DNA of 64,000 nucleotides from Bdellovibrionota bacterium (GTDB taxonomy: Bacteria; Bdellovibrionota_C; UBA2361; CALJRW01): contig JBGSMD010000013.1 in assembly GCA_041740355.1 (NCBI GenBank), forward strand, positions 68,146 through 132,145, written 5' to 3'. The translations under genes and the position numbers were made by a program. The first letter of the stretch is position 1. Each line of letters opens with the position of its first letter. The notes under the pieces are model-generated. The model saw only the letters and a list, made by a program, of their open reading frames with translations. It was not told the origin of the DNA and did no database searches. Of this stretch, positions 20,269-28,980 are shown piece after piece.

Positions 20269-21121
20269 TGCTTCCATTCGCTTAGTTAAAGATTTATTTG
20301 CCGATGTAAATTGGTCAGTTGATCTGCAAGCTGAGGCAATTCGCATCCACTCTGAGCTACCAATTAGTTTGGAGCAGCATTCTGCACTTGAGCAAGCAGT
20401 TAGTAGTATGATCTCTTGGCGACAAGGCCCTTACAAGTTATTTGATTATGATCTTAACAGTGAATGGCTAAGCAATATTAAGTGGGAAAGACTAAAAGCA
20501 ATCTTGCCTGATCTCACTGGAAAAACAGTTGCTGATGTCGGCTGTAGTAATGGTTACTTCATGTTTAAATTACTAACACTTAACCCAGCATTAGTATGTG
20601 GTTTTGATCCATTTAAAAACTGTCATTATCAGCACCAGTTATTAGCTCATTTTATTCGTGATCCCCGCCTGCGTTATATAACTCAAGGAGTTGAAGATTT
20701 GCCACAATTTCCGGAAGCTTTTGATTTGATTTTAATGATGGGTGTTCTATATCATCGTCGTGAGCCTGTTCAGTCAATTAACAATCTGTATCAGGCATTA
20801 AAGCCAGATGGAAAAGTATTACTGGAAACTATGGTTTTACCAGGGGAACAACTAGAACCTATTTTGATTCCAGATCGTTATTCCAAAATGAAAAACATCT
20901 ATCATTTAACAACAATTCCTGGTTTAGTACGGTGGACGCAACAAGCAGGTTTTTCTAAGCACCGCCTTCTTTCCATTTCTCAAACTAGTTTGGAAGAACA
21001 ACGAGTTAGTCCCTTAGCTCCTTATGAGAGTTTAGCTGAGTTTTTAGATCCAAAAGATTCGGATTTTACGGTGGAAGGTTTGCCAGCTCCAAGGAGAATT
21101 TTACTCGAATTAACAAAATAG
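20249..21121 (+). CDS. cmoB: tRNA 5-carboxymethoxyuridine synthase CmoB-like
   Basis: WRQGPY, EWLSNIKW, DVGCSNGY, MGVLYHRREP, DRYSKMKN and SLAEFLDP..TVEGLPAP motifs. Confidence 0.85.
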   Translation: MQHDLINASIRLVKDLFADVNWSVDLQAEAIRIHSELPISLEQHSALEQAVSSMISWRQGPYKLFDYDLNSEWLSNIKWERLKAILPDLTGKTVADVGCSNGYFMFKLLTLNPALVCGFDPFKNCHYQHQLLAHFIRDPRLRYITQGVEDLPQFPEAFDLILMMGVLYHRREPVQSINNLYQALKPDGKVLLETMVLPGEQLEPILIPDRYSKMKNIYHLTTIPGLVRWTQQAGFSKHRLLSISQTSLEEQRVSPLAPYESLAEFLDPKDSDFTVEGLPAPRRILLELTK

Positions 21122-21138
21122 TTTACTAGAATAGTCTC

Positions 21139-22098
21139 GTGATTAAATATTTAAAATTAATTTTTGCATTAATCATTTTTGGGAGTCTTTTCCTTGTCGT
21201 TGATTTGTCAGAATTAATTGCTGCCTTTAAGAATATAACTTGGGAATTAGCAGGACTTCTGCTCCTAATTTCATTTGTAATGATTTATATCAGTTCGATT
21301 AAGTGGGGAATTTTCCTTGCAGCAACTGGGATTAAGGCAACGATTGGTAAATTATATAAAATTTACTTACTTAGTTATTTTGTCAACTTATTGTTACCAT
21401 CGTTTGTTGGTGGTGACATTGCCCGCACTTTACTAATTACTGATAAGCAGTCGCGCTCTAAAAGTCTAGCCGCCACATTTATGGAGCGACTAAGTGGCTT
21501 CATCGCGATGTTAATCCTTGCTTTACTTGCTATGCCTTTATTGCCAAACCTAGAGCCAAAGATCGCTTTTACACTCCTTACAATCTCCTTGTTACTATCT
21601 GCAGTAATTATTTTTGCCTTAAAATTTAATTTTAAACTCATTTTTCCAAACAAACCTTTTTTTCAAAAGCTAAGTCCAAAGCTTATTAGCTTTCAAGATG
21701 CTGTGAAAATGATGTTTAGAAAGCCAAAGTTATTGGCGGGCACCTTAGGTCTTTCTTTTCTTTTCCATTGCGTTACAGTCTTAAACACTATTGCAGCCGC
21801 TTTAGCGGTCGGGTGGATCGATTTGCCTGTTATGCAATTGTTTGTTGTCCTCCCAATTGTCTTGTTGATTTCAGCAATCCCACTAACTCCTAATGGCCTT
21901 GGATTACAGGAAGGAGCATTCTTTTATTTTCTTACAATGCTTGGAGCAACTCCAGAAGAGGCACTTGGAGTTGGTTTGATACTAAGAGCAAAATCTTATT
22001 TATTAGCTTTAATTGGTGGGTTGGTTTTTCTTAACTTAAAGAAAAACCAACCCACAGTTTTGTCTAGTTCTAGCCCTGAGGAGCCATTGCAGGAGTAG
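21139..22098 (+). CDS. Lysylphosphatidylglycerol synthase TM/flippase-like protein (UPF0104)
   Basis: NLLLPSFVGGDIAR and IPLTPNGLGLQE motifs; multi-pass. Confidence 0.85.
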   Translation: MIKYLKLIFALIIFGSLFLVVDLSELIAAFKNITWELAGLLLLISFVMIYISSIKWGIFLAATGIKATIGKLYKIYLLSYFVNLLLPSFVGGDIARTLLITDKQSRSKSLAATFMERLSGFIAMLILALLAMPLLPNLEPKIAFTLLTISLLLSAVIIFALKFNFKLIFPNKPFFQKLSPKLISFQDAVKMMFRKPKLLAGTLGLSFLFHCVTVLNTIAAALAVGWIDLPVMQLFVVLPIVLLISAIPLTPNGLGLQEGAFFYFLTMLGATPEEALGVGLILRAKSYLLALIGGLVFLNLKKNQPTVLSSSSPEEPLQE

Positions 22099-23794
22099 GA
22101 GCAGATATAGTCTGGACGTTAAATTTAAATTCTAAAATATCATTCTGATAAGAACTATCTCCAAAGACTACTAAGTTCTTTAGCTCTTCTAGTTTTTTAT
22201 AAAAGGAATCAACTTGAGTGCTTTGATCTGGAGGAATAAACATTGCCATCATACTTCTAAAACTTTGTGCAACACGATACAACTTTGCATAGTCTAAATA
22301 GAAGCTAGTAATAGCATTTTTTGGTGCAAACTTTAAGTTTGAATCCAAAGAGCCAAGTAAGGTAGCAGTAGGAGTAATTAACTCTTTTAGTGCAGTTTCA
22401 GATGTTCCAATCCTAACTTGCTCTGGGGTAGTATTTATATACAACCCGATACCAAAGGGTGTAACCATATACTCTACTGGTTGTTCTGCAATCAACTTTT
22501 CTTGCCATTGCATGTTACCCAACCCAGCATTCTTTTGGCTTGTAATCAGGCTTTTTAGTAAGGCTATCTTTTCCGTAGCATTGGTCATTGGTAATGTTAA
22601 CTGTAAGTCTGGAAAACCAGTAATGTTAAAATTAGTTAATGCAATTCCTAACTCTCCACTGGCTGGAATATAATCAGCAACTTCAGTTAAAGTTTTAGTT
22701 TGCATAACGTTTTGTGGATCAGCAATATCTGTTTTAATAAAATTTAAAACATTTTTTACAAACCCCAAATTTAAGTTAAATCCAAAAAATGTACTTGCCG
22801 AAAAAGTTTCCCAAGCTTTGGATGAGCCATTAGCAAATGCACCTTGCAAATTCGTTGGAAGGGAAGCAATTGGTAAATGAAAACTTAGTTTAGTTTCTGG
22901 AACTTGATCGTAATCACTAGTAAATAATGCTTGTCTTGGAATTAAATTAAGCATTTGCTTGTACTTAGGATTTATTAATCCAACACCAGGAATAAGCTGT
23001 AAAATCTTCTCAAAGTTAGCTACTGCAAAAACAATTGGCTGACCAGAAACATGATCTAAAAGCTCTTTAGGTAAGCTTGTTTTTAGATCATATTTATCTT
23101 CTTGTTCAATAAATAATCTGCTAGCAGAAGTTTGTGAAGTACTTAACGCTAAGTAATTATCATTTGCTAGGATGTGCAACTGAGTGCCTGTATCTGGTAC
23201 ATCAAAAGTTTTTACTAGTGAGGCAGTCTTTGAATCAGCATTTACTGTGCTTGGGGTTAGTCCTACTTTTGTAAACTCTTCAGTAATTTTCTCAAAATTA
23301 TTTGAAAAAAACTTCTTTTCTTTGGAATAGGCAAAGGCATTAAAACTAAAGTCTTGAACAGTATTTCCGGCTATAAAAAATAGGTAATTGCTGACGCGAT
23401 CTTCAGACTGTCGATAAAGACTTAGAGGGTTTTGACCAGTTTGGTCTGAAAACTTTGAAAAAATTTCTGTGACCATTTTATCCTTTCCCTGCATCTTAGG
23501 ATTTTTAAGGCTCTTACTTAAGTTTTCCAAGACATTGCCATACTTAGCAAAAGGACTTTTTAAAAAAGTTTGATATTTAGGGTTTTCTAAGTCAACAAAT
23601 CCATAAAGTAGAGTGTTGTTTGGTAACTTAGCTAGCAAAGCTTGGTCCTCGACGGAAGGCTGGAGTAAGTTAACAACTTTATCTTTTAAATTAGAAGAGT
23701 TGTTACTGTCTTCAGTTTTTTTCTTCCCACAAGCATTTAAAGCTAATATAATGAAAATAAGAAGGAAGATTGTCGCAGAATTAAGCCTTTTCAT
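22070..23794 (-). CDS. Large hypothetical lipoprotein
   Basis: Lipobox LNAC; 574-aa ORF. Confidence 0.75.
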   Translation of the reverse strand: MKRLNSATIFLLIFIILALNACGKKKTEDSNNSSNLKDKVVNLLQPSVEDQALLAKLPNNTLLYGFVDLENPKYQTFLKSPFAKYGNVLENLSKSLKNPKMQGKDKMVTEIFSKFSDQTGQNPLSLYRQSEDRVSNYLFFIAGNTVQDFSFNAFAYSKEKKFFSNNFEKITEEFTKVGLTPSTVNADSKTASLVKTFDVPDTGTQLHILANDNYLALSTSQTSASRLFIEQEDKYDLKTSLPKELLDHVSGQPIVFAVANFEKILQLIPGVGLINPKYKQMLNLIPRQALFTSDYDQVPETKLSFHLPIASLPTNLQGAFANGSSKAWETFSASTFFGFNLNLGFVKNVLNFIKTDIADPQNVMQTKTLTEVADYIPASGELGIALTNFNITGFPDLQLTLPMTNATEKIALLKSLITSQKNAGLGNMQWQEKLIAEQPVEYMVTPFGIGLYINTTPEQVRIGTSETALKELITPTATLLGSLDSNLKFAPKNAITSFYLDYAKLYRVAQSFRSMMAMFIPPDQSTQVDSFYKKLEELKNLVVFGDSSYQNDILEFKFNVQTISAPTPAMAPQG

Positions 23795-24014
23795 GAATTT
23801 GTTTAAATAAAATAGTCAGTTGGAAGCATCCTAACTATAATTACTTAGCATTGTCAAAGATAAATAATGTTCGGTAAGAAGGTGGGCGAGCAAAATAATG
23901 GCTCAAGCATTTTTTGCCATGTAAAATGCACTAAACCCTCTTTCTTATATTTGTTATCTTCAAAAATAATAAGTAAAGGCTTTAATTCTCAACAAAGTTA
24001 CAACGAAGTAAATT

Positions 24015-25217
24015 ATGCAACGTCGACCAAGAAATCCTCAAGAGAAAGCAATCTTAAATAAAAAACCCTGGTCAACTAGAGCAGGAGGAATTGGCTTGGT
24101 TCTTTCGGGTGGTGGAAGTCGCGCTGCCTATCAAATTGGAGCTCTTAAAGCGCTGATTCCCTATTTAGAAAATCAAGAACAGAATCCAATTAAAGTTGTG
24201 ATTGGTTCAAGTTTAGGTGCAATTAACGGACTCTTGATCAGTGCCTGCTTAAAAGAAGGTATTGGACATGCAGTTGAAATCACAGAGACGCTCTGGAAGG
24301 AACGCACTTTTCGAAATACTTTTGCTGACAGTCCAACGAAATCTTTTTTTAGGGCAATTAAGGTTGCTTCCATTCAGTACTTAAACCCTGGACCAAACGC
24401 CAATACTGAATCTATTTTTAATCCTCGTCCCTTAATGGAGCGAGTTGATCAAGTTATCAATGACCATGGTGGATTACATCCAGATAATCGTTATTCACAG
24501 TTGGAGTCTGTTGGCGTTATGACTACTATCGAAGGAGAAACAAGACGTCCGCTACTATTTGTGAGTTCACATAAAGAATTAGAAGCACCGGCAATGTTGG
24601 GCGCTAGTTTTGATGTTTGCTATGTTGATTCACTTCAAGCTAAACATGGATTTGCTTCGGCAGCACTTCCCTCAGTGTTACCACCAGTCGAGTTGGATAC
24701 TAAAGATGGCAAGGTTCGTTTAGTAGATGGTGGAATTTCTCAGAATGTCCCTGTTGATCCAGCTGTACGCATGGGAGCAGAGCGAATTATTTCAATTGAT
24801 ATTTCTGGACGTGACTGGTGGCTAGCTCGACAAAATTCTTCATTAGATACTAGACCTTCGTGGGAAGTCGAGGCCCAAGAAAAAACTTTTTGCTTGCGTC
24901 CACCAGAAACATTTGTGCTTAGATGTCGTAAGCCACTTGGGGAGCTTCTTAAAAATGCTGTTGGTTCTTCTACCGGTAAATTTATCAGTGCAGTCGGACC
25001 AATCTGGCCAATCTTTAAAATTCTTAAAAATCGATTAGGTGAAGAGGTAGCCTATGAAACTCTATCCTATGTCGCACTTGATCCAGATTATATTCAAGGT
25101 CTAATTGAGCGAGGCTATAACGAAACTGTTCATCTTCTCAATAATCGAGTTGAGCCAGCTTTCCATCATCCTCAAAGTTATAAGCAGTTATTGGAAGAGG
25201 TTTATTCCGATTCTTAG
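24015..25217 (+). CDS. Patatin-like phospholipase
   Basis: LSGGGSRAAYQIG, GSSLG nucleophile elbow and DGG motifs. Confidence 0.92.
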   Translation: MQRRPRNPQEKAILNKKPWSTRAGGIGLVLSGGGSRAAYQIGALKALIPYLENQEQNPIKVVIGSSLGAINGLLISACLKEGIGHAVEITETLWKERTFRNTFADSPTKSFFRAIKVASIQYLNPGPNANTESIFNPRPLMERVDQVINDHGGLHPDNRYSQLESVGVMTTIEGETRRPLLFVSSHKELEAPAMLGASFDVCYVDSLQAKHGFASAALPSVLPPVELDTKDGKVRLVDGGISQNVPVDPAVRMGAERIISIDISGRDWWLARQNSSLDTRPSWEVEAQEKTFCLRPPETFVLRCRKPLGELLKNAVGSSTGKFISAVGPIWPIFKILKNRLGEEVAYETLSYVALDPDYIQGLIERGYNETVHLLNNRVEPAFHHPQSYKQLLEEVYSDS

Positions 25218-25284
25218 GACCAAATTAGATACTAAAACACAAATCTATTTTTTTATTGACTTTTCACATCCTGGCACCAATGGG

Positions 25285-25354
25285 AAATAATAAATAATAA
25301 ATAATAAATAATAAATAATAAATAATAAATAATAAATAATAAATAATAAATAAT
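25285..25354. repeat. Perfect heptamer tandem repeat (AAATAAT)x10
   Basis: Counted directly: 70 bp, ten units. Confidence 0.97.
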
Positions 25355-25527
25355 TAAAATTAGTAACAATAGATAGTTGTAGAGTTGTTTACATTTTTGT
25401 TGGTATAGCTCAACTAACTGAAATAACAATATGACTAATGTTGACTAGGGGACATGCAGAGTTTAATCTTAGCAAGATGTCGATTGATTAAGTTAGGTGA
25501 CGATAAGTCGATAGCTATAAGTTATCC
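25346..25527 (+). promoter_or_regulatory. Integron promoter/attI platform, copy 1 (no adjacent integrase)
   Basis: Ungapped match to 27696..27875 (23 mismatches in 180 bp by hand count); the similarity stops just after the core site GTTATCC at 25521. Confidence 0.8.
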
Positions 25528-25544
25528 GACTAAATAATATTCCG

Positions 25545-25844
25545 ATGGACAAAGATGAAATCAATTTAATTGTTGAACTGGTAAACGCCATAAAGTCCGC
25601 AATCCAGCAGACTAAACAATTGTCGGATACTTGTCCCGCGTTTCCATTGTGGCCGAGTATTAATGAGCAATTGGAGCTTCTTAATGTACATTTAGAGCAA
25701 GGACTAAAACCTGATATCGAAACCCTTCAACGTATCGACATCGGCTTGATAGCGGCTCGTGAACTTGAATTTGATTTTCCTGACTACGCTGAATTGCTGG
25801 AAAGTATCGATTATGCAGTTTCTCGTTGGGATGAGCTAAAGTAG
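25545..25844 (+). CDS. Integron cassette gene, Tsi6-like immunity protein
   Basis: SI.EQL..L, L..IDIGLIAARELE..PDYA.LL pattern recalls the Tsi6 family; bounded by GTTATCCGAC and its reverse complement GTCGGATAAC. Confidence 0.65.
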   Translation: MDKDEINLIVELVNAIKSAIQQTKQLSDTCPAFPLWPSINEQLELLNVHLEQGLKPDIETLQRIDIGLIAARELEFDFPDYAELLESIDYAVSRWDELK

Positions 25845-25852
25845 GAACTGTC

Positions 25853-25938
25853 GGATAACAAATCGCGCGACTCGGACGCGACGAAGTGATATAATTTAAT
25901 TGAAGTGGATCGGCCCGCCGGTCCGCGAAACGTTATTT
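25853..25938 (+). mobile_element. attC site 1
   Basis: R'' GGATAAC, arms CGCGCGACTCGG and CCGGTCCGCG pairing with unpaired extra bases, R' GTTATTT at 25932. Confidence 0.8.
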
Positions 25939-25946
25939 TTGATATG

Positions 25947-26465
25947 TCAGTTAGTTTCATTTTTAAAGAAACCGATCCGTCGCTTTGTAAGTTCCATAGG
26001 CTTTTCAAGTTCAGAAATTAGAAAACGAATTTCTTTCAATTCTTGCTCGTATTGTGAAAAACCACTAACCAAGCGACGTTCGATATCTTGAAGTCGTCTC
26101 TTCATTTCAGTATGCTCAGAAAAGATTGCCCGCATTTTTATAAATGTTCTTACAAGCAGAATACTGGCATCAATAGCAATTTGACTATTTAAAATATTTG
26201 CTACCATTACGGCTCCATGTTCAGTAAAAGCATAAGGATTCGTTCTTCGCATGCTCCAATTTGCGGTCGCAAATTGCGACCGCAAATTGCTAACCTCCTG
26301 ATCTTCCAGTTGAAACATGAAGTCATCAGGAAACCTTCTCTTGTTTCGCTTAACTTGCTCATTAAGTCTTTTTGGAGAAACTCCATAGAGGGAGGCAAGA
26401 TCAAAATCTAATATGACTCTGCCTCCACGTAAAGTAAATATGATAGTCTCTAGTTCTATTGGCAT
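25947..26465 (-). CDS. ORF6N-domain DNA-binding protein
   Basis: RG.RVILDFDLA.LYGV, LNEQVKRN..RFPDDFMFQL, PYAFTEHG..M and C-terminal RRIGF motifs. Confidence 0.9.
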   Translation of the reverse strand: MPIELETIIFTLRGGRVILDFDLASLYGVSPKRLNEQVKRNKRRFPDDFMFQLEDQEVSNLRSQFATANWSMRRTNPYAFTEHGAVMVANILNSQIAIDASILLVRTFIKMRAIFSEHTEMKRRLQDIERRLVSGFSQYEQELKEIRFLISELEKPMELTKRRIGFFKNETN

Positions 26466-26648
26466 AAAAATTATTTACTCTTTTTATCGAGAATTTCTAT
26501 AATTAATTGCCTAGAAGATTAAATAATTAAATGTTTTTAATGTTTCACAAGCGAGGAAAGTTGCCAGAATTTAAAGTAAATAATTTCTTATCGGCTAGAT
26601 CTTTTTTCAAGCGGAGTCAGGCTGACAGCCATATTATTTGGCCTGTTA

Positions 26649-27638
26649 TCAAATTATATTTAGATCGTTAGCAATTATATCAAGTGGACTTCTAGTGCCC
26701 ACTCCTTTTTCTTTCGTAACATGAGTGTAAATCATAGTAGTCTTAACACTGCTATGACCTAGAAGGACTTGGACTGTTCTGATGTCACTGCCAGATTCCA
26801 ATAAATGAGTAGCAAAAGAATGGCGAAAGGTATGGCAGGTCACTTTTTTGTTAATACCAGCTTCATTTACAGCACGTGATAGTGATTTTTGTAGGATTGA
26901 TGGATATAAGTGCCACCTGCTTATTTTTCCAGTTCTTGGATCTTTAGAGAGATTTTTCGAAGGGAACAAATATTGCCATTTAAATTCTTTACCAGCACTT
27001 GGAGATTTCCGATCTAAAGCATTGGGCAAAGAAATTCGACCATAGCCATTTTTTAAATCAACCTCATGGATCTTTTTAGATCTTAAGACCTGCTCTTGGA
27101 GATGTAACTTTAAAAAAAGGGGGAGGGGAATCGATCGATCTTTATTGCCCTTTCCTTGCCTAACGATAACTAGATTATTATCAAAATCTAAGTCTTTAAT
27201 TCTTAGCTCCAATGCTTCTGCTAATCTCATTCCGGTTCCATATAGCAAGTAGGCAATTAACCATTGTATCCCATTTAGTGCCCCAAGGATCTTTTTAATC
27301 TCTGAAATACTTAACACCACAGGCAAAAATTTAGTTTCCTTTGCTCGTATTAGTCCTTGAAATTCTCCGGGTTCTTTCTCCAGTCCTTTTTTGTATAAGA
27401 AGACCAAAGCGTTAAGCGCTTGGTTTTGCGTTGACGCGGAAACATTTCTATAAGTAGCTAAATAACTTAGAAACTCAGTTATCTCAGACGCACCCATCTG
27501 TCTGGGATGTTTGCCCTGATGAAATTGAATAAATTTTTTTACCCAGTGAACGTAGCTTTTTTCAGTCACATAGCTTAAGTGAAGGAGTCTAGCCCTCTCC
27601 CGCATAACTTGAAGTAAGCCTTTAGGTTTATCATTCAT
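26649..27638 (-). CDS. intI: Integron integrase (tyrosine recombinase)
   Basis: SASTQNQALNALVFLY, YGTGMR, GKGNKDR, the integron-specific insert (LPNALDRK.P.A...WQYLFPS...DPRTG...RWH), HTFRHSFATHLL and LGH...TTMIYTHV. Confidence 0.96.
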   Translation of the reverse strand: MNDKPKGLLQVMRERARLLHLSYVTEKSYVHWVKKFIQFHQGKHPRQMGASEITEFLSYLATYRNVSASTQNQALNALVFLYKKGLEKEPGEFQGLIRAKETKFLPVVLSISEIKKILGALNGIQWLIAYLLYGTGMRLAEALELRIKDLDFDNNLVIVRQGKGNKDRSIPLPLFLKLHLQEQVLRSKKIHEVDLKNGYGRISLPNALDRKSPSAGKEFKWQYLFPSKNLSKDPRTGKISRWHLYPSILQKSLSRAVNEAGINKKVTCHTFRHSFATHLLESGSDIRTVQVLLGHSSVKTTMIYTHVTKEKGVGTRSPLDIIANDLNII

Positions 27639-27695
27639 GCAAATTCATAAATTGCATACTAATCGCTTATTTATATGAGAAGTTTTTTAAAATTT

Positions 27696-27877
27696 ATAAA
27701 TAATTAAAATTAGTCGAGATCGATAAATGTAGAGTTGTCTACATTTTTGACGGCCTAGCTTAACTAACGGAAATGACAATATAATTAATGTTGACTAGGG
27801 GATATGTAGAGTTTAATCTTAAGAAGATGTCGATTGATTAAGTTAGGTGACGATAAGTCGACAGCTATATGTTATAC
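27696..27877 (+). promoter_or_regulatory. Integron promoter/attI platform, copy 2 (adjacent to intI)
   Basis: Canonical position upstream of and divergent from intI; core site GTTATAC at 27871 begins a cassette whose attC starts with the complementary CCGTATAAC. Confidence 0.85.
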
Positions 27878-27887
27878 GGTTATTTAT

Positions 27888-28241
27888 ATGGCAACCAAAG
27901 ATCCATTTTCATATTCGGGGCGATGGGATTCGGTTGGCCTCGATTGCTCAGACTGTACAAACTTCATCGGTCCACAGCAATGGCCTGATGAAAAGAGGGT
28001 ATCCTCGTGTTCACTCCACCGGCTTTCTCTTGTTATTCAAATTGGTGCAAATGGATACAAAGAGGGGGAATGGTTTTGCAAGGATTTTAGAAATGTAGGC
28101 TCCGCAAATCCTGCTGCAATTGAGGAATTGGAATCAATTCGCTCATCTTTGCTTGAACGCACACTTTATGGAGCTTATGGAAAGGACGGTAATTTGAAAG
28201 AAGTTGACTTTACTAAACTTGCTAGTGATACGTCCGTATAA
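27888..28241 (+). CDS. Integron cassette gene, Cys-rich hypothetical protein (117 aa)
   Basis: ATG 17 bp after the attI core; stop codon inside the attC R'' box; CSDC..F, C.LH and WFC motifs. Confidence 0.75.
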   Translation: MATKDPFSYSGRWDSVGLDCSDCTNFIGPQQWPDEKRVSSCSLHRLSLVIQIGANGYKEGEWFCKDFRNVGSANPAAIEELESIRSSLLERTLYGAYGKDGNLKEVDFTKLASDTSV

Positions 28242-28350
28242 CCATGCAGAGCTACGGATTTTCGCCGCACTGTTTTGTTGAAGCTCTGATTCCAGCGTAT
28301 TATTATAGGGTTAATGGAGCGGCGAAAACCGCAGTCTGCAAACGTTATCT
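28236..28350 (+). mobile_element. attC site 2
   Basis: R'' GTATAAC; arms TGCAGA(G)CTACGG(A)TTTTCGCCGC and GCGGCGAAAACCGCAGTCTGCA with two extrahelical bases; R' GTTATCT at 28344. Confidence 0.92.
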
Positions 28351-28360
28351 TTCAAAATTT

Positions 28361-28957
28361 ATGACCCTTCCTACACAAGAACGCCGAGAACTCGATGATA
28401 CAGAAGGGCATTGGCTCGACCGCAATTCTGTCGTACCAAAAATACTAGATTTAATAAGGACCGGAGGGGTGGAACCTGCTGGACTTACCTTACTCGATGT
28501 AGGTTGCGCAGTGGGACGTGACATAGAAGAATTCAACTCTTGCGGCTTAGTTGCGTCAGGATTGGAGATTAATCCCAAATACGTTTCAACTGGACTTCTG
28601 CAGAATCCTAATCTTCGGATACACGAAGGTGATATGGCTAACCTTCCTAGCCCCTTTGTAGAAGGCTCCTTCGATCTCTTGACTTGCTTTAATACGTTAT
28701 TTTACGGCGACACTGCCGCAGTTTTACCACGATTAATTTCTTGTGTCCGACCTGCTGGATTGGTTGTGGTGACGATTGATGAAAAGATATTACGGCAGGA
28801 TACTAATACAATAATTCATCAGTTAGAGGTGCGCGAGTTACTTAGTTCACTACAAGATGTTGATTTGTTACATCAGAGTTACGGTGAACGAGAGGATAAG
28901 GAACCTTGGCCTCACCGCCACCATTTTTACACAGTAGTTCTTAGGCGGAATGAATGA
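28361..28957 (+). CDS. Integron cassette gene, class I SAM-dependent methyltransferase (198 aa)
   Basis: LLDVGCAVG motif I, GLEIN, GDM and SFDL motifs; start reassigned to the ATG after attC2. Confidence 0.85.
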   Translation: MTLPTQERRELDDTEGHWLDRNSVVPKILDLIRTGGVEPAGLTLLDVGCAVGRDIEEFNSCGLVASGLEINPKYVSTGLLQNPNLRIHEGDMANLPSPFVEGSFDLLTCFNTLFYGDTAAVLPRLISCVRPAGLVVVTIDEKILRQDTNTIIHQLEVRELLSSLQDVDLLHQSYGEREDKEPWPHRHHFYTVVLRRNE

Positions 28958-28980
28958 TAACAAATCGATCGACTGGGCGC
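28955..28980 (+). mobile_element. Truncated attC site 3 (left half only)
   Basis: TGATAAC-AAATCGATCGACTGGGCGC resembles the left half of attC1 (GGATAAC-AAATCGCGCGACTCGGACGCG); no complementary right arm or R' box found downstream. Confidence 0.65.

Noticed and set aside
25285-25354. Tandem repeat as a CRISPR array
   Set aside because: 7-bp units with no spacers, and no cas genes in the window.
27834-27887. Upstream start of the 135-aa ORF in the track
   Set aside because: The extension runs through attI; the ATG at 27888 fits cassette structure.
28244-28360. N-terminal 39 aa of the 237-aa methyltransferase ORF
   Set aside because: It is read through attC2; the ATG at 28361 is preferred.
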